Shown here piece by piece: positions 19,267-29,714 of a stretch of 64,000 nucleotides of DNA. Both the position numbers and the translations under genes were made by a program. Source of the DNA: Bacteroidota bacterium (GTDB taxonomy: Bacteria; Bacteroidota; Bacteroidia; Chitinophagales; Chitinophagaceae); NCBI GenBank assembly GCA_041175905.1, contig JBEDEC010000017.1, positions 1,448-65,447 on the forward strand. Reading direction: 5' to 3'. Below the pieces are notes generated by a model. It was not told the origin of the DNA. It saw only the letters and a program-made list of their open reading frames with translations, and did no database searches. Position 1 is the first letter of the stretch, and each line of letters starts with the position of its first letter.

Positions 19267-20565
19267 ATGAAAAAACTGATTCGCCTTGGATTGCTTGCAC
19301 TATTACATGTAACGCTATGCGTGAGTGTGCTGCAAGCACAAAAAATTGAATGGAACTCCACACCACTTACAGCTGGGTTTTCTCAAGATCGATTAAAAGT
19401 TATAGACGCAAGACTTAATGAATGGGTAGAAAAAGGATGGATGCAAGGAGCCACTGCACTAATTATTCGTAATGGAAAAGTAGTATATCATAAAGCGGTT
19501 GGTTATAATGACCTGGAGGCAAAAGTTCCCTTAAAAAAAGATGACATTTTTCGTATTGCCTCACAAACAAAAGCAATTACCAGTGTCGCAATTATGATTT
19601 TATTTGAAGAAGGGAAGTTGTTGTTAGATGATCCTGTATCAAAATATATTCCAGCTTTTCGGAAACAACAAGTACTTACCAGCTTTAACGAAGCCGATAC
19701 TTCGTTCACAACCGTGCCCGCAAAATCAGATATCACCATTCGTCAACTTCTCACGCATACGTCTGGATTAGGCTACGCACAAATTGGATCAAAAGAAGCA
19801 AATGCCATTTACGCTAAATCTAATTTAACGGCCGGAATCGGAGTAGTTGGAGATGATCTGTTAAGTGCCATGAATCGACTTGCCAAACTACCACTCATGC
19901 ATCAACCAGGCGAGCGTTGGACTTATGGATTAAATACCGATTTATTGGGCTGCTTGGTTGAAGTGATTAGTGGAAAAACCTTGGGCCAATTCTTTAAAGA
20001 AAGAATTTTTGAACCACTCGGTATGCAAGACACCTATTTTACAATCCCTGCTGCCAAAGCAAGCCGATTGGTAAAACTATATCGCGAACTCCCCAACGGA
20101 AAATTAGAAAAATCTCCAGGTAATATGCTTAATGGACGTTCAATCACCCCTGAATACCCATTACAAGCAAGTACCTACTTTTCTGGTGGAGCAGGACTTT
20201 CCTCTACAATTGGAGACTATGGTATTTTTTTACAAATGCTACTGAATGGTGGCGTCTATAATGGAAAAAGAATTTTAAGCAGAAGAACGGTTGATATGAT
20301 GACTACGAATCAGATTGGCGAGGTTAGTTATGGAGGTGGTCAGGATAAATTTGGATTAGGCTTTTCTGTAATCATGGCAAAAAGTGAAGGTCGTACCCCT
20401 GCTAATATAGGCACGTTTGCATGGGGTGGCGCTTTTGCAACTTCGTATTGGGTTGATCCAAAAGAGAAAATGGTTTATCTCTTCTATCGTCAGTTACAAA
20501 ATACAAGTAAAGGAGAAATGGTAGAAAAATTCAGAGCAATGGTGTACCAGGCAATCAATGACTAA
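19267..20565 (+). CDS. Serine hydrolase, beta-lactamase/AmpC-like family (signal peptide)
   Basis: FRIASQTK (SxxK), LLTHTSGL, PGERWTY and WGG motifs. Confidence 0.92.
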   Translation: MKKLIRLGLLALLHVTLCVSVLQAQKIEWNSTPLTAGFSQDRLKVIDARLNEWVEKGWMQGATALIIRNGKVVYHKAVGYNDLEAKVPLKKDDIFRIASQTKAITSVAIMILFEEGKLLLDDPVSKYIPAFRKQQVLTSFNEADTSFTTVPAKSDITIRQLLTHTSGLGYAQIGSKEANAIYAKSNLTAGIGVVGDDLLSAMNRLAKLPLMHQPGERWTYGLNTDLLGCLVEVISGKTLGQFFKERIFEPLGMQDTYFTIPAAKASRLVKLYRELPNGKLEKSPGNMLNGRSITPEYPLQASTYFSGGAGLSSTIGDYGIFLQMLLNGGVYNGKRILSRRTVDMMTTNQIGEVSYGGGQDKFGLGFSVIMAKSEGRTPANIGTFAWGGAFATSYWVDPKEKMVYLFYRQLQNTSKGEMVEKFRAMVYQAIND

Positions 20566-22548
20566 TCAATACGCCAACAACTTTTGAATCGCTTCTCCTA
20601 ATCGGGATTTTGCTAAGAACTGCTGTTCTAATTCCATATTGAATGGCACAGGTGTGTCCAAAGAAGCACAGCGTACGACGGGTGCATCAAGCCACTCAAA
20701 ACAATGTTCTGCAATCCACGCAGCTATTTCTCCTCCTATACCACCTGTCAAAGTGTCTTCGTGCAAGATCAATACTCTTCCGGTTTCACGTACCACTTTT
20801 TTTATGGCATCATAATCAAGTGGAAGTAAGGTGCGCAAGTCCAAAATTGCAATAGATAGTTCCGGATGAGCAATCAGGTATTCTTGTGCCCAATGAACAC
20901 CTGCCCCATACGTAATGATCGCCAACTCTTGCCCATCGCTTAGTTGTTTTGCTTTTCCTATTTCAATCTCGTAGTAGGTTTCAGGTACAAGACCCGTACT
21001 ACTTCGATAGAGAGCTTTGTGTTCAAAATATAAAACTGGATTTGGATCATTGAGCGATGCCAATAAAAGTCCTTTTGCATCAAGCGGGGTAGAAGGGTAC
21101 ACCACTTTTAATCCAGGAATATGCGTAAACCACGCTTCATTGCTTTGCGAATGAAAGGGACCAGCTCCAACACCCGCACCCGTTGGCATTCGAACAACTA
21201 CTTTAGCCGTTTGTCCCCAGCGATAATGAATCTTGGCTAAATTATTTACAATCTGATTGAGTCCTACCGATACAAAATCAGCAAACTGCATTTCAACCAT
21301 TGCCGCATAGCCTTCAAGTGACAAACCCAGTGCCGTGCCCAAAATGGCACTTTCACAAAGCGGCGTATTGCGAATACGTTCGCACCCAAATTGCTGTACA
21401 AACCCTTTGGTGATTTTAAATGCCCCTCCATATTCTGCAATGTCCTGACCCATTAAAATCAATTTCGGATCTCGCTCTAATTGTTGTCGCAATGCCTCAC
21501 TGATTGCATCAATAAAACGAAGTTCTCTGCCTTGATCATCATCGGTTAGTACAGAAAGCGTATCCTGCCGTGATGCATAAACATCACTTAACTCCTGGTC
21601 AACTGTTGCCACCACCGGTTGTGGATGAAGACCGATTGCTAATTCTTCTTCAATTTTTTGTTTGAATTCGTTGCGAATATCTGCCACATCAAAAGCTGTC
21701 AGTACTCCTTGCTCAATCAGATAACGCTCATAATTTTTTATAGGGTCTTTTTGTTCCCATTCGGCAAATAATGCAGTAGGTACATATTTTGTGCCACTGG
21801 CCTCTTCATGTCCACGCATCCGAAAGGTCATGCATTCAATCAAATAAGGTTTTTGGTGTTGAATACAATAATCACGAACCCCTTTTACCGTATCATAAAC
21901 AGTAAGAATATTATTACCATCAATCTGCACTCCTTCCATCCCATATCCTTTTGCTTTATCGACCAAACTCTCACATCGGTATTGTTCATTCACTGGAGTG
22001 CTCAGCCCATAGCCATTATTTTCTATAATAAAAATGACTGGCAAATTCCAAACTGCTGCTACATTGAGCGCTTCATGAAAATCTCCCTCACTAGTTCCGC
22101 CATCTCCCGAAAATGCCAAGGCCACTTTTTCTTTTTTCGCTAATTGATAAGCGAGGGCAGCGCCATCTGCTACAGCAAGCTGAGGACCCAAGTGAGAAAT
22201 CATCCCACAGATGTGATGAGCACTGCTACCAAAATGAAAACTTCTTTCTCTGGCCTTGCTATATCCTTGTTGTGTACCCTGCCACTGTAAAAACAATTTA
22301 TGCAAGGACATTTCTCTAGATGTAAACACCCCTAGATTTCGGTGCAAGGGCATGATCCATTCATCTTTTTCAAGCGCCAGCGTAGCACCTACCGAAATCG
22401 CTTCTTGCCCAATACCACTAAACCATTTAGATATTTTACCCTGTCGAAGTAAAACCAACATTTTTTCCTCAATCATTCGAGGCCATAACAACTGCCGGTA
22501 AAACAGCAACAGTTGCTCATTGGTTAAATTTTTTCGATTAAAGGTCAT
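20566..22548 (-). CDS. Fused alpha/beta E1 component of a 2-oxoacid dehydrogenase
   Basis: TPP motif GDGGTSEGDFHEA...ENN, FRMRGHEE, GQDIAEYGG, EMQFADF and GPFHSQ; ATG 22548 preferred. Confidence 0.93.
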   Translation of the reverse strand: MTFNRKNLTNEQLLLFYRQLLWPRMIEEKMLVLLRQGKISKWFSGIGQEAISVGATLALEKDEWIMPLHRNLGVFTSREMSLHKLFLQWQGTQQGYSKARERSFHFGSSAHHICGMISHLGPQLAVADGAALAYQLAKKEKVALAFSGDGGTSEGDFHEALNVAAVWNLPVIFIIENNGYGLSTPVNEQYRCESLVDKAKGYGMEGVQIDGNNILTVYDTVKGVRDYCIQHQKPYLIECMTFRMRGHEEASGTKYVPTALFAEWEQKDPIKNYERYLIEQGVLTAFDVADIRNEFKQKIEEELAIGLHPQPVVATVDQELSDVYASRQDTLSVLTDDDQGRELRFIDAISEALRQQLERDPKLILMGQDIAEYGGAFKITKGFVQQFGCERIRNTPLCESAILGTALGLSLEGYAAMVEMQFADFVSVGLNQIVNNLAKIHYRWGQTAKVVVRMPTGAGVGAGPFHSQSNEAWFTHIPGLKVVYPSTPLDAKGLLLASLNDPNPVLYFEHKALYRSSTGLVPETYYEIEIGKAKQLSDGQELAIITYGAGVHWAQEYLIAHPELSIAILDLRTLLPLDYDAIKKVVRETGRVLILHEDTLTGGIGGEIAAWIAEHCFEWLDAPVVRCASLDTPVPFNMELEQQFLAKSRLGEAIQKLLAY

Positions 22549-22579
22549 ATCGTAAAGTTCCGAAAAACTAGGGTTCACA

Positions 22580-23860
22580 TCAAATCACAACTAACTCATA
22601 AAAATCGTCGGGTTGTAGGTATTGCTGGGCTAACTCTCTTAATTGCTCAGCAGAGCAATTTCTTATCGTATCGATTGTTTTATAAAAATGAGCAGGCGGA
22701 AGTTCATTTAAGATTAGATTTTTCCAGCGGCCAATCAATTGGAAAGGACCATCTAAATCACCCAGTAATCCTCCCATCATATAATTACGCACTAACGACA
22801 ACTCCTCTTCGCTAATGAGTGTGGTCCGTAACTGTTCCATTTCAGCATAGACCTCTTTAATAGTTGCCTCACATACTTCTTTACCCGCTTCTGTGCTAAT
22901 CATCCAGGCGGATGATTGTTGCAAATTCAGAATATAACTATGAATGCCATAGGTATACCCTTTATCTTCTCGAATATTGCTCATGAGTCGAGATCCAAAA
23001 AATCCCCCGAACACCGTATTAAGTACCAAGGCAGGAATAAAGTCTGCATGATGTCGGTTGGGGAAAGGTCGAGCTATTCGAATGGCACCCTGCATACCTG
23101 TTGCATCATTTTCGATTCGGTATTTTTTTTGAACGGCTTGTTTTGCAGGATGCGTTGGGAGCTCTTGTAAAGTATTGGGAAGATCACCAAATAGCTGATT
23201 CAACGTACCAATTAGGCCAGCAGGAATTTTTCCTGCTACAAATAAAGCAAATTGCCCGTTTCGGTAATAACGATCATAAAAAGCAACTAGCTGATCTCGC
23301 TCTAATGCATCATATGCTTCTGGTGAGCTAAATTTTCCATAAGGATGCGCTTCGCCAAAAAGATAGGTATCAATCAAACGGCCAGCAACAAAATCACACT
23401 TACGAAGATTCACTGTGAGCCGTTGCTTCATATTCTGCTTATACAATCTTAACTCCTCTTCTGGAAAAACAGCATCGGTCAATAATTCGCGAACCAATGG
23501 CAATAATTGCTCCACATGTTTGGAAAGACAATGTAAGGTGAGTGTCGCTTGCTCGTTGAAACAACTGCGATTAAGATAAGCCCCTAAATAATCAACCTGC
23601 TCATCAATTTGATAAGAAGTTTTGGTAGCCGTTCCATTCTTTAATAAATAATTGGTAGTAGCCGCGACCAGATTTTGTTCTTCATAAGAATTGCCCGCCC
23701 AAAAAACCCACTCCAACTGCAATACTTCTTCAGCACCTGCATCAATCATATAAACAGGTACACTATTATCTAAGGTATGCTGTTCACATGGCTTCAACTC
23801 CAATTGATAATGGACTGCGTCTACCAAAGGAGGGGCTTGTTTACGATTTAGTGGATTCAT
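22580..23860 (-). CDS. M16 family peptidase, non-catalytic subunit
   Basis: M16-type sequence with no HxxEH but with the R/Y motif SRLMSNIREDKGYTYG. Confidence 0.88.
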   Translation of the reverse strand: MNPLNRKQAPPLVDAVHYQLELKPCEQHTLDNSVPVYMIDAGAEEVLQLEWVFWAGNSYEEQNLVAATTNYLLKNGTATKTSYQIDEQVDYLGAYLNRSCFNEQATLTLHCLSKHVEQLLPLVRELLTDAVFPEEELRLYKQNMKQRLTVNLRKCDFVAGRLIDTYLFGEAHPYGKFSSPEAYDALERDQLVAFYDRYYRNGQFALFVAGKIPAGLIGTLNQLFGDLPNTLQELPTHPAKQAVQKKYRIENDATGMQGAIRIARPFPNRHHADFIPALVLNTVFGGFFGSRLMSNIREDKGYTYGIHSYILNLQQSSAWMISTEAGKEVCEATIKEVYAEMEQLRTTLISEEELSLVRNYMMGGLLGDLDGPFQLIGRWKNLILNELPPAHFYKTIDTIRNCSAEQLRELAQQYLQPDDFYELVVI

Positions 23861-25095
23861 TTAGTAGCGTAGTAATAAAGGGTGTTTGAATTTTCGGCTC
23901 GGAATACCTGATTGCTGACGTTTTTTATTTGTGCAGTAGTAACGTTTGCATACTGCTGCAACTCTGTATTCATCCAGGCAGCATCACCTAATAATTCATA
24001 ATAGGCTAAACTACTGGCCCTACTCATCACACTCATATCTTCAAATGCAATGAGGCTTTCCGTTTTATTTTTTACTTTCTGCAACTCTTGTTCCGAAGGT
24101 CCCTCCTTACAAATTTTATCAATCTCTAGTTGCAAGGCTTGTTCTGCTTTTTCCATACTGATTCCCTCGGCTAATTTTCCTTCAATAGTCAATAAACCAG
24201 GATCCGAACTTCCAAAATGATAGCAGTCAAGGTGCACAAAAAGCTTTTGCTCTTTTACCAACTGTTGATACAGACGCGAAGAATTGTTTCCACCCAAGAT
24301 ATCAGTTAGTAAATCGGTAGCGTGATAATCTTCGCCTAGTCTTCCGGACATGTGCCAGGTTTTGCAAAGAAGATCAAGCGGAACAGCTGCCTTCATTTCT
24401 TTTTGGCGCGCCTTTGTTTGAAAAGGCTCCTGTGGCAATTGACGATTGTATTTTGTTCCGGAAGGAATATTACCAAACCACTTTTCTGCTAAGGCAACTA
24501 CTTTTCCTGCATGAACATTCCCGGCTACAACTAAAATAGCGTTACAAGGTGTATAATGTTTAAAGAAAAAATCTTTTACTTGTTGTAATTGTGCTTGTTC
24601 AATGTGTGCCAATTCTTTTCCAATTGTCATCCATTGATAAGGATGAACCTGATACGCTAATTGCCGCATCGTATGCCACACATCGCCATAGGGTTTATTC
24701 AAATAGTTTTCTTTGAACTCTTCACATACTACTTTTCGCTGTGTAGCTAAACTTTTCTCATTAAAGGCCAATGACAGCATACGGTCACTCTCTAACCAAA
24801 ATGCCGTTTCCAAATTATCCGCAGGTAATTGGATATAATAATTAGTCAAATCATTGGTGGTATAGGCATTATTTTCTCCGCCTGCCATTTGCAAGGGTTC
24901 ATCATAGTCGGGGATGTTCACAGAACCCCCAAACATCAAATGCTCAAATAAATGTGCAAAGCCAGTTTGTTTAGGATTTTCATCACGAGCCCCTACATCA
25001 TACAACACATTGACAACCGCCATAGGCGTTGAGACATCAGTATGCACTAATACACGTAAACCGTTTTGTAATACGAAGCGTTCAAATTGTATCAT
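23857..25095 (-). CDS. M16 family zinc peptidase, catalytic subunit
   Basis: GFAHLFEHLMF (HxxEH), NAYT and downstream Glu (VCEE); 4-bp overlap with the partner gene. Confidence 0.93.
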   Translation of the reverse strand: MIQFERFVLQNGLRVLVHTDVSTPMAVVNVLYDVGARDENPKQTGFAHLFEHLMFGGSVNIPDYDEPLQMAGGENNAYTTNDLTNYYIQLPADNLETAFWLESDRMLSLAFNEKSLATQRKVVCEEFKENYLNKPYGDVWHTMRQLAYQVHPYQWMTIGKELAHIEQAQLQQVKDFFFKHYTPCNAILVVAGNVHAGKVVALAEKWFGNIPSGTKYNRQLPQEPFQTKARQKEMKAAVPLDLLCKTWHMSGRLGEDYHATDLLTDILGGNNSSRLYQQLVKEQKLFVHLDCYHFGSSDPGLLTIEGKLAEGISMEKAEQALQLEIDKICKEGPSEQELQKVKNKTESLIAFEDMSVMSRASSLAYYELLGDAAWMNTELQQYANVTTAQIKNVSNQVFRAENSNTLYYYATK

Positions 25096-25102
25096 GAACC
25101 TA

Positions 25103-25150
25103 CAAAGTTAACTCATACCAAGGGTTTCTTGCCCATGAACTGTAACTTTG
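25103..25150. promoter_or_regulatory. Back-to-back -7 promoter elements for the M16 operon and mqnC
   Basis: TAACTTTG on the minus strand (25110-25103) and on the plus strand (25143-25150), 7 and 4 nt from the respective ATGs. Confidence 0.7.
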
Positions 25151-25154
25151 CAAT

Positions 25155-26279
25155 ATGCATACAGACGAACTGCTCCAACGTGCCCTGCAATTTGAATTTT
25201 TAACCAAAGAGGAGGGGCTCCACTTATTTACCAAAGCACCTCTACCTGATTTAATGAATGTAGCAGATGAGCTACGTAAGCTACAAGTGCCACATGGTAA
25301 AGTAACCTGGCAGATCGATCGAAATGTGAACACAACCAACGTATGTATTGCTAATTGTAAGTTTTGCAATTTTTATCGCATTCCCGGACATCCTGAGGCA
25401 TACATCACCAACATGGATACGTATCGAAAAAAAATTAAAGAGACCATTCGGTACGGAGGAGATCAACTGTTATTGCAAGGCGGACACCATCCAGAATTAG
25501 GTCTTCAATTTTATGTGGATACGTTTCGCGCGATTAAGGCAGAATTTCCGGATATACGTTTACATGCCTTAGGCCCACCCGAAATTGCTCACATCACTAA
25601 ATTAGAAAAGAGTACACATCACGAAGTATTAAAAGCCTTACAGGAAGCTGGCTTAGATTCTTTACCCGGAGCCGGAGCAGAAATATTAGTAGACAGAGTA
25701 CGTCGGTTAGTATCCAACGGAAAATGTGGTGCACAAGAGTGGTTAGATGTTATGCATGAAGCGCACAAATTGAATATTACTACTTCTGCTACCATGATGT
25801 TTGGTCATGTGGAAACCCTTGAAGAACGATTTGAACATTTGATCAAAATCCGTGAAGTACAATCGCGTAAACCTGATTTTGCAAAAGGCTTTTTAGCATT
25901 TATTCCTTGGACCTTTCAGGATGTAGATACCTTGTTGGCAGAAATCCGCGGTATACACAACCTAACCACAAAAGAGGAATACATCCGCATGATTTCGATT
26001 AGTCGAATCATGCTCCCGAATGTAAAAAATATACAAGCCAGTTGGCTTACAGTTGGAAAAGAAACCGCAGGGGTGTGTTTACATGCTGGTGCGAATGACT
26101 ATGGATCGATTATGATCGAAGAAAATGTAGTAAGTGCAGCTGGAGCACCTCATCGATTTACTTCACGTACCATTCAAGAAGCTATTCGCGAAGCGGGATT
26201 TGAACCACAGTTACGCAACCAAGAATATGAGTGGAGAGAATTACCTGCTGCAATGGAAGAGCAGGTTATCGATTATTAA
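25155..26279 (+). CDS. mqnC: Cyclic dehypoxanthinyl futalosine synthase (radical SAM, CofH/MqnC family)
   Basis: DRNVNTTNVCIANCKFC, LLQGGHHP, SLPGAGAEIL, AFIPWTFQ, NIQASW and IEENVVSAAG motifs. Confidence 0.88.
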   Translation: MHTDELLQRALQFEFLTKEEGLHLFTKAPLPDLMNVADELRKLQVPHGKVTWQIDRNVNTTNVCIANCKFCNFYRIPGHPEAYITNMDTYRKKIKETIRYGGDQLLLQGGHHPELGLQFYVDTFRAIKAEFPDIRLHALGPPEIAHITKLEKSTHHEVLKALQEAGLDSLPGAGAEILVDRVRRLVSNGKCGAQEWLDVMHEAHKLNITTSATMMFGHVETLEERFEHLIKIREVQSRKPDFAKGFLAFIPWTFQDVDTLLAEIRGIHNLTTKEEYIRMISISRIMLPNVKNIQASWLTVGKETAGVCLHAGANDYGSIMIEENVVSAAGAPHRFTSRTIQEAIREAGFEPQLRNQEYEWRELPAAMEEQVIDY

Positions 26280-27418
26280 TAGTTCGCCAATCTTTTTACA
26301 GCCTGCTCAATCGTTTCTTTTTTCTTAGAGAAACAAAAACGAAGCACTTTATCATCTTTTCCATCGGCATAAAATGCAGATACAGGAATAGTAGTGACCC
26401 CTGCCTCCTTTGTTAAGCGAACTGCAAAATCCATAGCACCTTCCTCACTGATCTGATCGTATTTGGCACAAATGAAATAACTGCCATAGCTAGACAATAG
26501 TGTAAATCTTGTTGCTTTCATTTGGTCTATAAAAAAATCTCTTTTTTGTTGCATCAAACCAGAAAGCGTCAGATAAGCATCTCTGTTTTGCAAAAACGAA
26601 GCCAGTGCAACCTGCGTAGGCGTGAAACAACTGAATGCATTAAACTGATGAATTTTTCTGAATTCTTTCATCAACGTTGCAGGTGCAATACAATAGCCGA
26701 GCTTCCATCCAGTACAGTTGTATACTTTTCCAAATGAAAAACAAACAAAGCTTCTTGCAAATAAATCAGGATAACGAAGAACACTCTGATGCGAAATACC
26801 ATCAAATATCAAATGCTCATACACCTCATCACTTAATATTAATATAGAAGTTCCTTCAACAGTTTTTCGAAGTTCCTCAATATCTGTAGCAGTAATTACA
26901 GCTCCGGTTGGATTATGGGGGGAATTAATAAGAATGGCACGTGTACGCGGCGTAATTGCTGCTCGTACTGCATTCCAGTCTATATGATAGTCGGGATATA
27001 CTAATGGAATACGAACTGCTTTTGCTCCATTCACTTCTATATTAGGAATATAGCTGTCATAAGCAGGTTCGAATAGGATCACTTCGTCGCCAGGTTGTAA
27101 AAAAGAAGTAAAGGCAGAATAGATTGCATAAGTACCGCCGGGTGTGATTGTGATTTCAGAATCGGGATTTACACGGGTACCATATAAATAATGAACCTTT
27201 TCTGCAATGGCTTCACGCAATGGCATCCATCCAGGCATGGGCGCGTATTGATTATAATGATCACGCATAGCCTTAGCCACTAATTCGATTAAATCTTCGT
27301 TCATTGGAAAATCAGGGAAACCCTGACCCAGGTTTACGGCCTTATGTTCGGCAGCTAAGGCACTCATCGTTGCGAAGATGGTAGTACCAACAGCAGGGAG
27401 TTTAGATGTGATTTGCAT
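26276..27418 (-). CDS. PLP-dependent class I aminotransferase, methionine aminotransferase (YbdL-like)
   Basis: SKLPAVGTTIF, NLGQGFPDF, NSPHNPTG, SDEVYEH and SFGK...TGWK motifs. Confidence 0.9.
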   Translation of the reverse strand: MQITSKLPAVGTTIFATMSALAAEHKAVNLGQGFPDFPMNEDLIELVAKAMRDHYNQYAPMPGWMPLREAIAEKVHYLYGTRVNPDSEITITPGGTYAIYSAFTSFLQPGDEVILFEPAYDSYIPNIEVNGAKAVRIPLVYPDYHIDWNAVRAAITPRTRAILINSPHNPTGAVITATDIEELRKTVEGTSILILSDEVYEHLIFDGISHQSVLRYPDLFARSFVCFSFGKVYNCTGWKLGYCIAPATLMKEFRKIHQFNAFSCFTPTQVALASFLQNRDAYLTLSGLMQQKRDFFIDQMKATRFTLLSSYGSYFICAKYDQISEEGAMDFAVRLTKEAGVTTIPVSAFYADGKDDKVLRFCFSKKKETIEQAVKRLANY

Positions 27419-27423
27419 GAAAA

Positions 27424-28506
27424 TTATAAATAATGTTCGCCCATATTTCTTTTAACCTCTGCCACATACTCTTTGATCTGCTGCTCCTTTTCTTTTTTGC
27501 AAATCAACAATACATCTTCAGTATCTACAATGATATAATCACGTAATCCTTGCAACAAAACCAACTTTTTATCGGGCGCGTGTACCATACAATTATTAGC
27601 ATCCACTACCATTACTTGCTTACCTACTACTGCATTGCCAAAATAATCTTTATCCATATTGTCCCAGGCGCTATTCCAGGTACCCAGATCACTCCATCCA
27701 AAACTAGCAGGGATCACAAATACATTCGATGCTTTTTCCATCACCCCAAAATCAACAGAGATATTGGTACACTGCGGATAAATTCGTTCGATTGCAGCTC
27801 GCTCTGTAGGCGCATTAAAATGCTCGCGTTCTGCCGCAAAAACTTCATATACTTCTGCTAAATGATTTTCAAAAGCGTGCAAAATATTATTAACCTTCCA
27901 TGTAAAGATGCCTGCATTCCATAAAAAATCACCACTAGCCATAAACGCTTTAGCAATTTCCTCATTGGGTTTTTCAGTGAATGTTTTCACCTTATAAACA
28001 TCCGATGCCGCTGCAGTTAATTCATGCTGAATATACCCATATCCTGTGTTAGGATGCGTCGGTTTAATACCGATAGTCACCAATGCATTAACCGTTTCAA
28101 CAAAGTCGAGTGCCTTTTGTGCAGTACTTATGAATTGATCAGTTTCTGTAACTAGATGATCGGCAGGTGCAGCAATCATTACTGCGTCTGGATCTTTTGC
28201 CTGTAAATGAAAAGCGATATATGCGATACAAGCAGCTGTATTTTTTCTGGAAGGTTCTGCTAAAATATTAGCCGCAGGCAATTCCGGTAATTGCTCCTGA
28301 ACAATCGACACATACTCATGTGAAGTAACCACATATACATTTTCGGCAGGTACTACTTTGCTATACCGATCATAACTCTGCTGTATAAGTGTTCTTCCAA
28401 TTCCTAATATGTCCAAAAACTGTTTGGGATAACGCGTTCTGCTCATCGGCCAGAATCGACTTCCAATCCCCCCTGCCATGATGGCTACGTACTGATTTTT
28501 TTTCAT
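27424..28506 (-). CDS. Mannose-1-phosphate guanylyltransferase
   Basis: MAGGIGSRFWPMSR...PKQF, FTEKP, WNAGIF and GWSDLGTW motifs. Confidence 0.93.
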   Translation of the reverse strand: MKKNQYVAIMAGGIGSRFWPMSRTRYPKQFLDILGIGRTLIQQSYDRYSKVVPAENVYVVTSHEYVSIVQEQLPELPAANILAEPSRKNTAACIAYIAFHLQAKDPDAVMIAAPADHLVTETDQFISTAQKALDFVETVNALVTIGIKPTHPNTGYGYIQHELTAAASDVYKVKTFTEKPNEEIAKAFMASGDFLWNAGIFTWKVNNILHAFENHLAEVYEVFAAEREHFNAPTERAAIERIYPQCTNISVDFGVMEKASNVFVIPASFGWSDLGTWNSAWDNMDKDYFGNAVVGKQVMVVDANNCMVHAPDKKLVLLQGLRDYIIVDTEDVLLICKKEKEQQIKEYVAEVKRNMGEHYL

Positions 28507-28517
28507 AGGTTATTCGG

Positions 28518-29480
28518 TCATAAGAGTCCCTCGCGCAACAAATCATGGATATGAATGATGCCAAGGTATTGTTGGTTTTGTGCAATGGCGACCTGTGTAA
28601 TCTTATTTTTTCGAAGCAAGTCCAAGGCAGACACCGCTAATTCGTCGGGTGCGATTGTCACTGGATTGTGCGACATAATCTGACCAGCAGATAGTTCATC
28701 AATTGGAATGTTTTTTTCAAGTAAACGACGCAGATCTCCATCGGTGATTATACCCACCAACTTATCGGTATCATCCACCACAGCCGTAACCCCCAATCTA
28801 CTTGCAGTCATCGTGACAATTACATCACGTAAAGATTGTGAAATAGATACAACTGGCTTTTCATTTTGAATGGCCAAGTCCTGAACGCGGAGGTATAATT
28901 TTTTTCCAAGCGATCCTCCAGGATGGAATTTGGCAAAATCTGCTGACTTAAATCCTTTTAATTCCATTAGGCAAATGGCCAATGCATCACCCATCACCAA
29001 TTGCGCAGTAGTGCTGCTAGTGGGTGCTAAATTGTTTGGGCAAGCTTCTTGTTCTACTGTCGTATCTAATACCAAAGAAGATTGACTGGCTAAAAAAGAA
29101 TTGGTATTGCCTACAATAGCAATAAGTGTATTGCCAAAATTTTTGATTAATTGAACTAATACCTTGATCTCCGGACTTTCACCGCTTTTGCTTAGAATCA
29201 CCACAATATCTTCTTGCTGAATCATTCCCAAGTCCCCATGGATGGCATCCGCAGCGTGCATAAATATAGATGGCGTTCCCGTAGAATTAAAAGTAGCTAC
29301 CATCTTTTGTGCAATGACAGCACTCTTTCCAATTCCACTTATTACAACACGCCCTTTGGTGGAAGCCAATGCTTCTACTGCTTTTACAAATTCATCCGTA
29401 ATGGAAGATCGCAAACCTTCAATCGAGCGGGCCTCTAATTCAAGCGTTCGTAGTGCGGTTTTTTTGATTAATTCCTTCAT
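28518..29480 (-). CDS. kdsD: KpsF/GutQ family arabinose-5-phosphate isomerase (SIS plus CBS pair)
   Basis: GIGKS, HGDLG, SKSGES, LAPTSST, FHPGGSLG and GIITDGDLRR motifs; start 29480 or GTG 29510. Confidence 0.9.
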   Translation of the reverse strand: MKELIKKTALRTLELEARSIEGLRSSITDEFVKAVEALASTKGRVVISGIGKSAVIAQKMVATFNSTGTPSIFMHAADAIHGDLGMIQQEDIVVILSKSGESPEIKVLVQLIKNFGNTLIAIVGNTNSFLASQSSLVLDTTVEQEACPNNLAPTSSTTAQLVMGDALAICLMELKGFKSADFAKFHPGGSLGKKLYLRVQDLAIQNEKPVVSISQSLRDVIVTMTASRLGVTAVVDDTDKLVGIITDGDLRRLLEKNIPIDELSAGQIMSHNPVTIAPDELAVSALDLLRKNKITQVAIAQNQQYLGIIHIHDLLREGLL

Positions 29481-29714
29481 AGGCCTGGGATCGGTCTGCT
29501 TCACATTCACGCTTTACTTAACTGAAATGGAATCAAAATTAGTCCATTTAAAAAAGAAAAGTCAGGTGTTTATTAATGTGGAATTTTAACTAAACAACCC
29601 TTCCACAAGAGTGTTATATAGTTTATATTCGTCTGCTACCCGCCGGGTATCAACAAAAACCAAATAAACCCTAATTTTTATCAGATAATACTGATATTCA
29701 AAATCTTACGAAAA

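Noticed and set aside
19267-20565. Beta-lactamase resistance gene
   Set aside because: SxxK family membership alone does not imply beta-lactam hydrolysis; the sequence looks like the esterase/peptidase branch.
22580-23860. M16 gene lacking HxxEH as a pseudogene
   Set aside because: The ORF is intact and keeps the R/Y motif; catalytic plus non-catalytic M16B pairs are a known arrangement.
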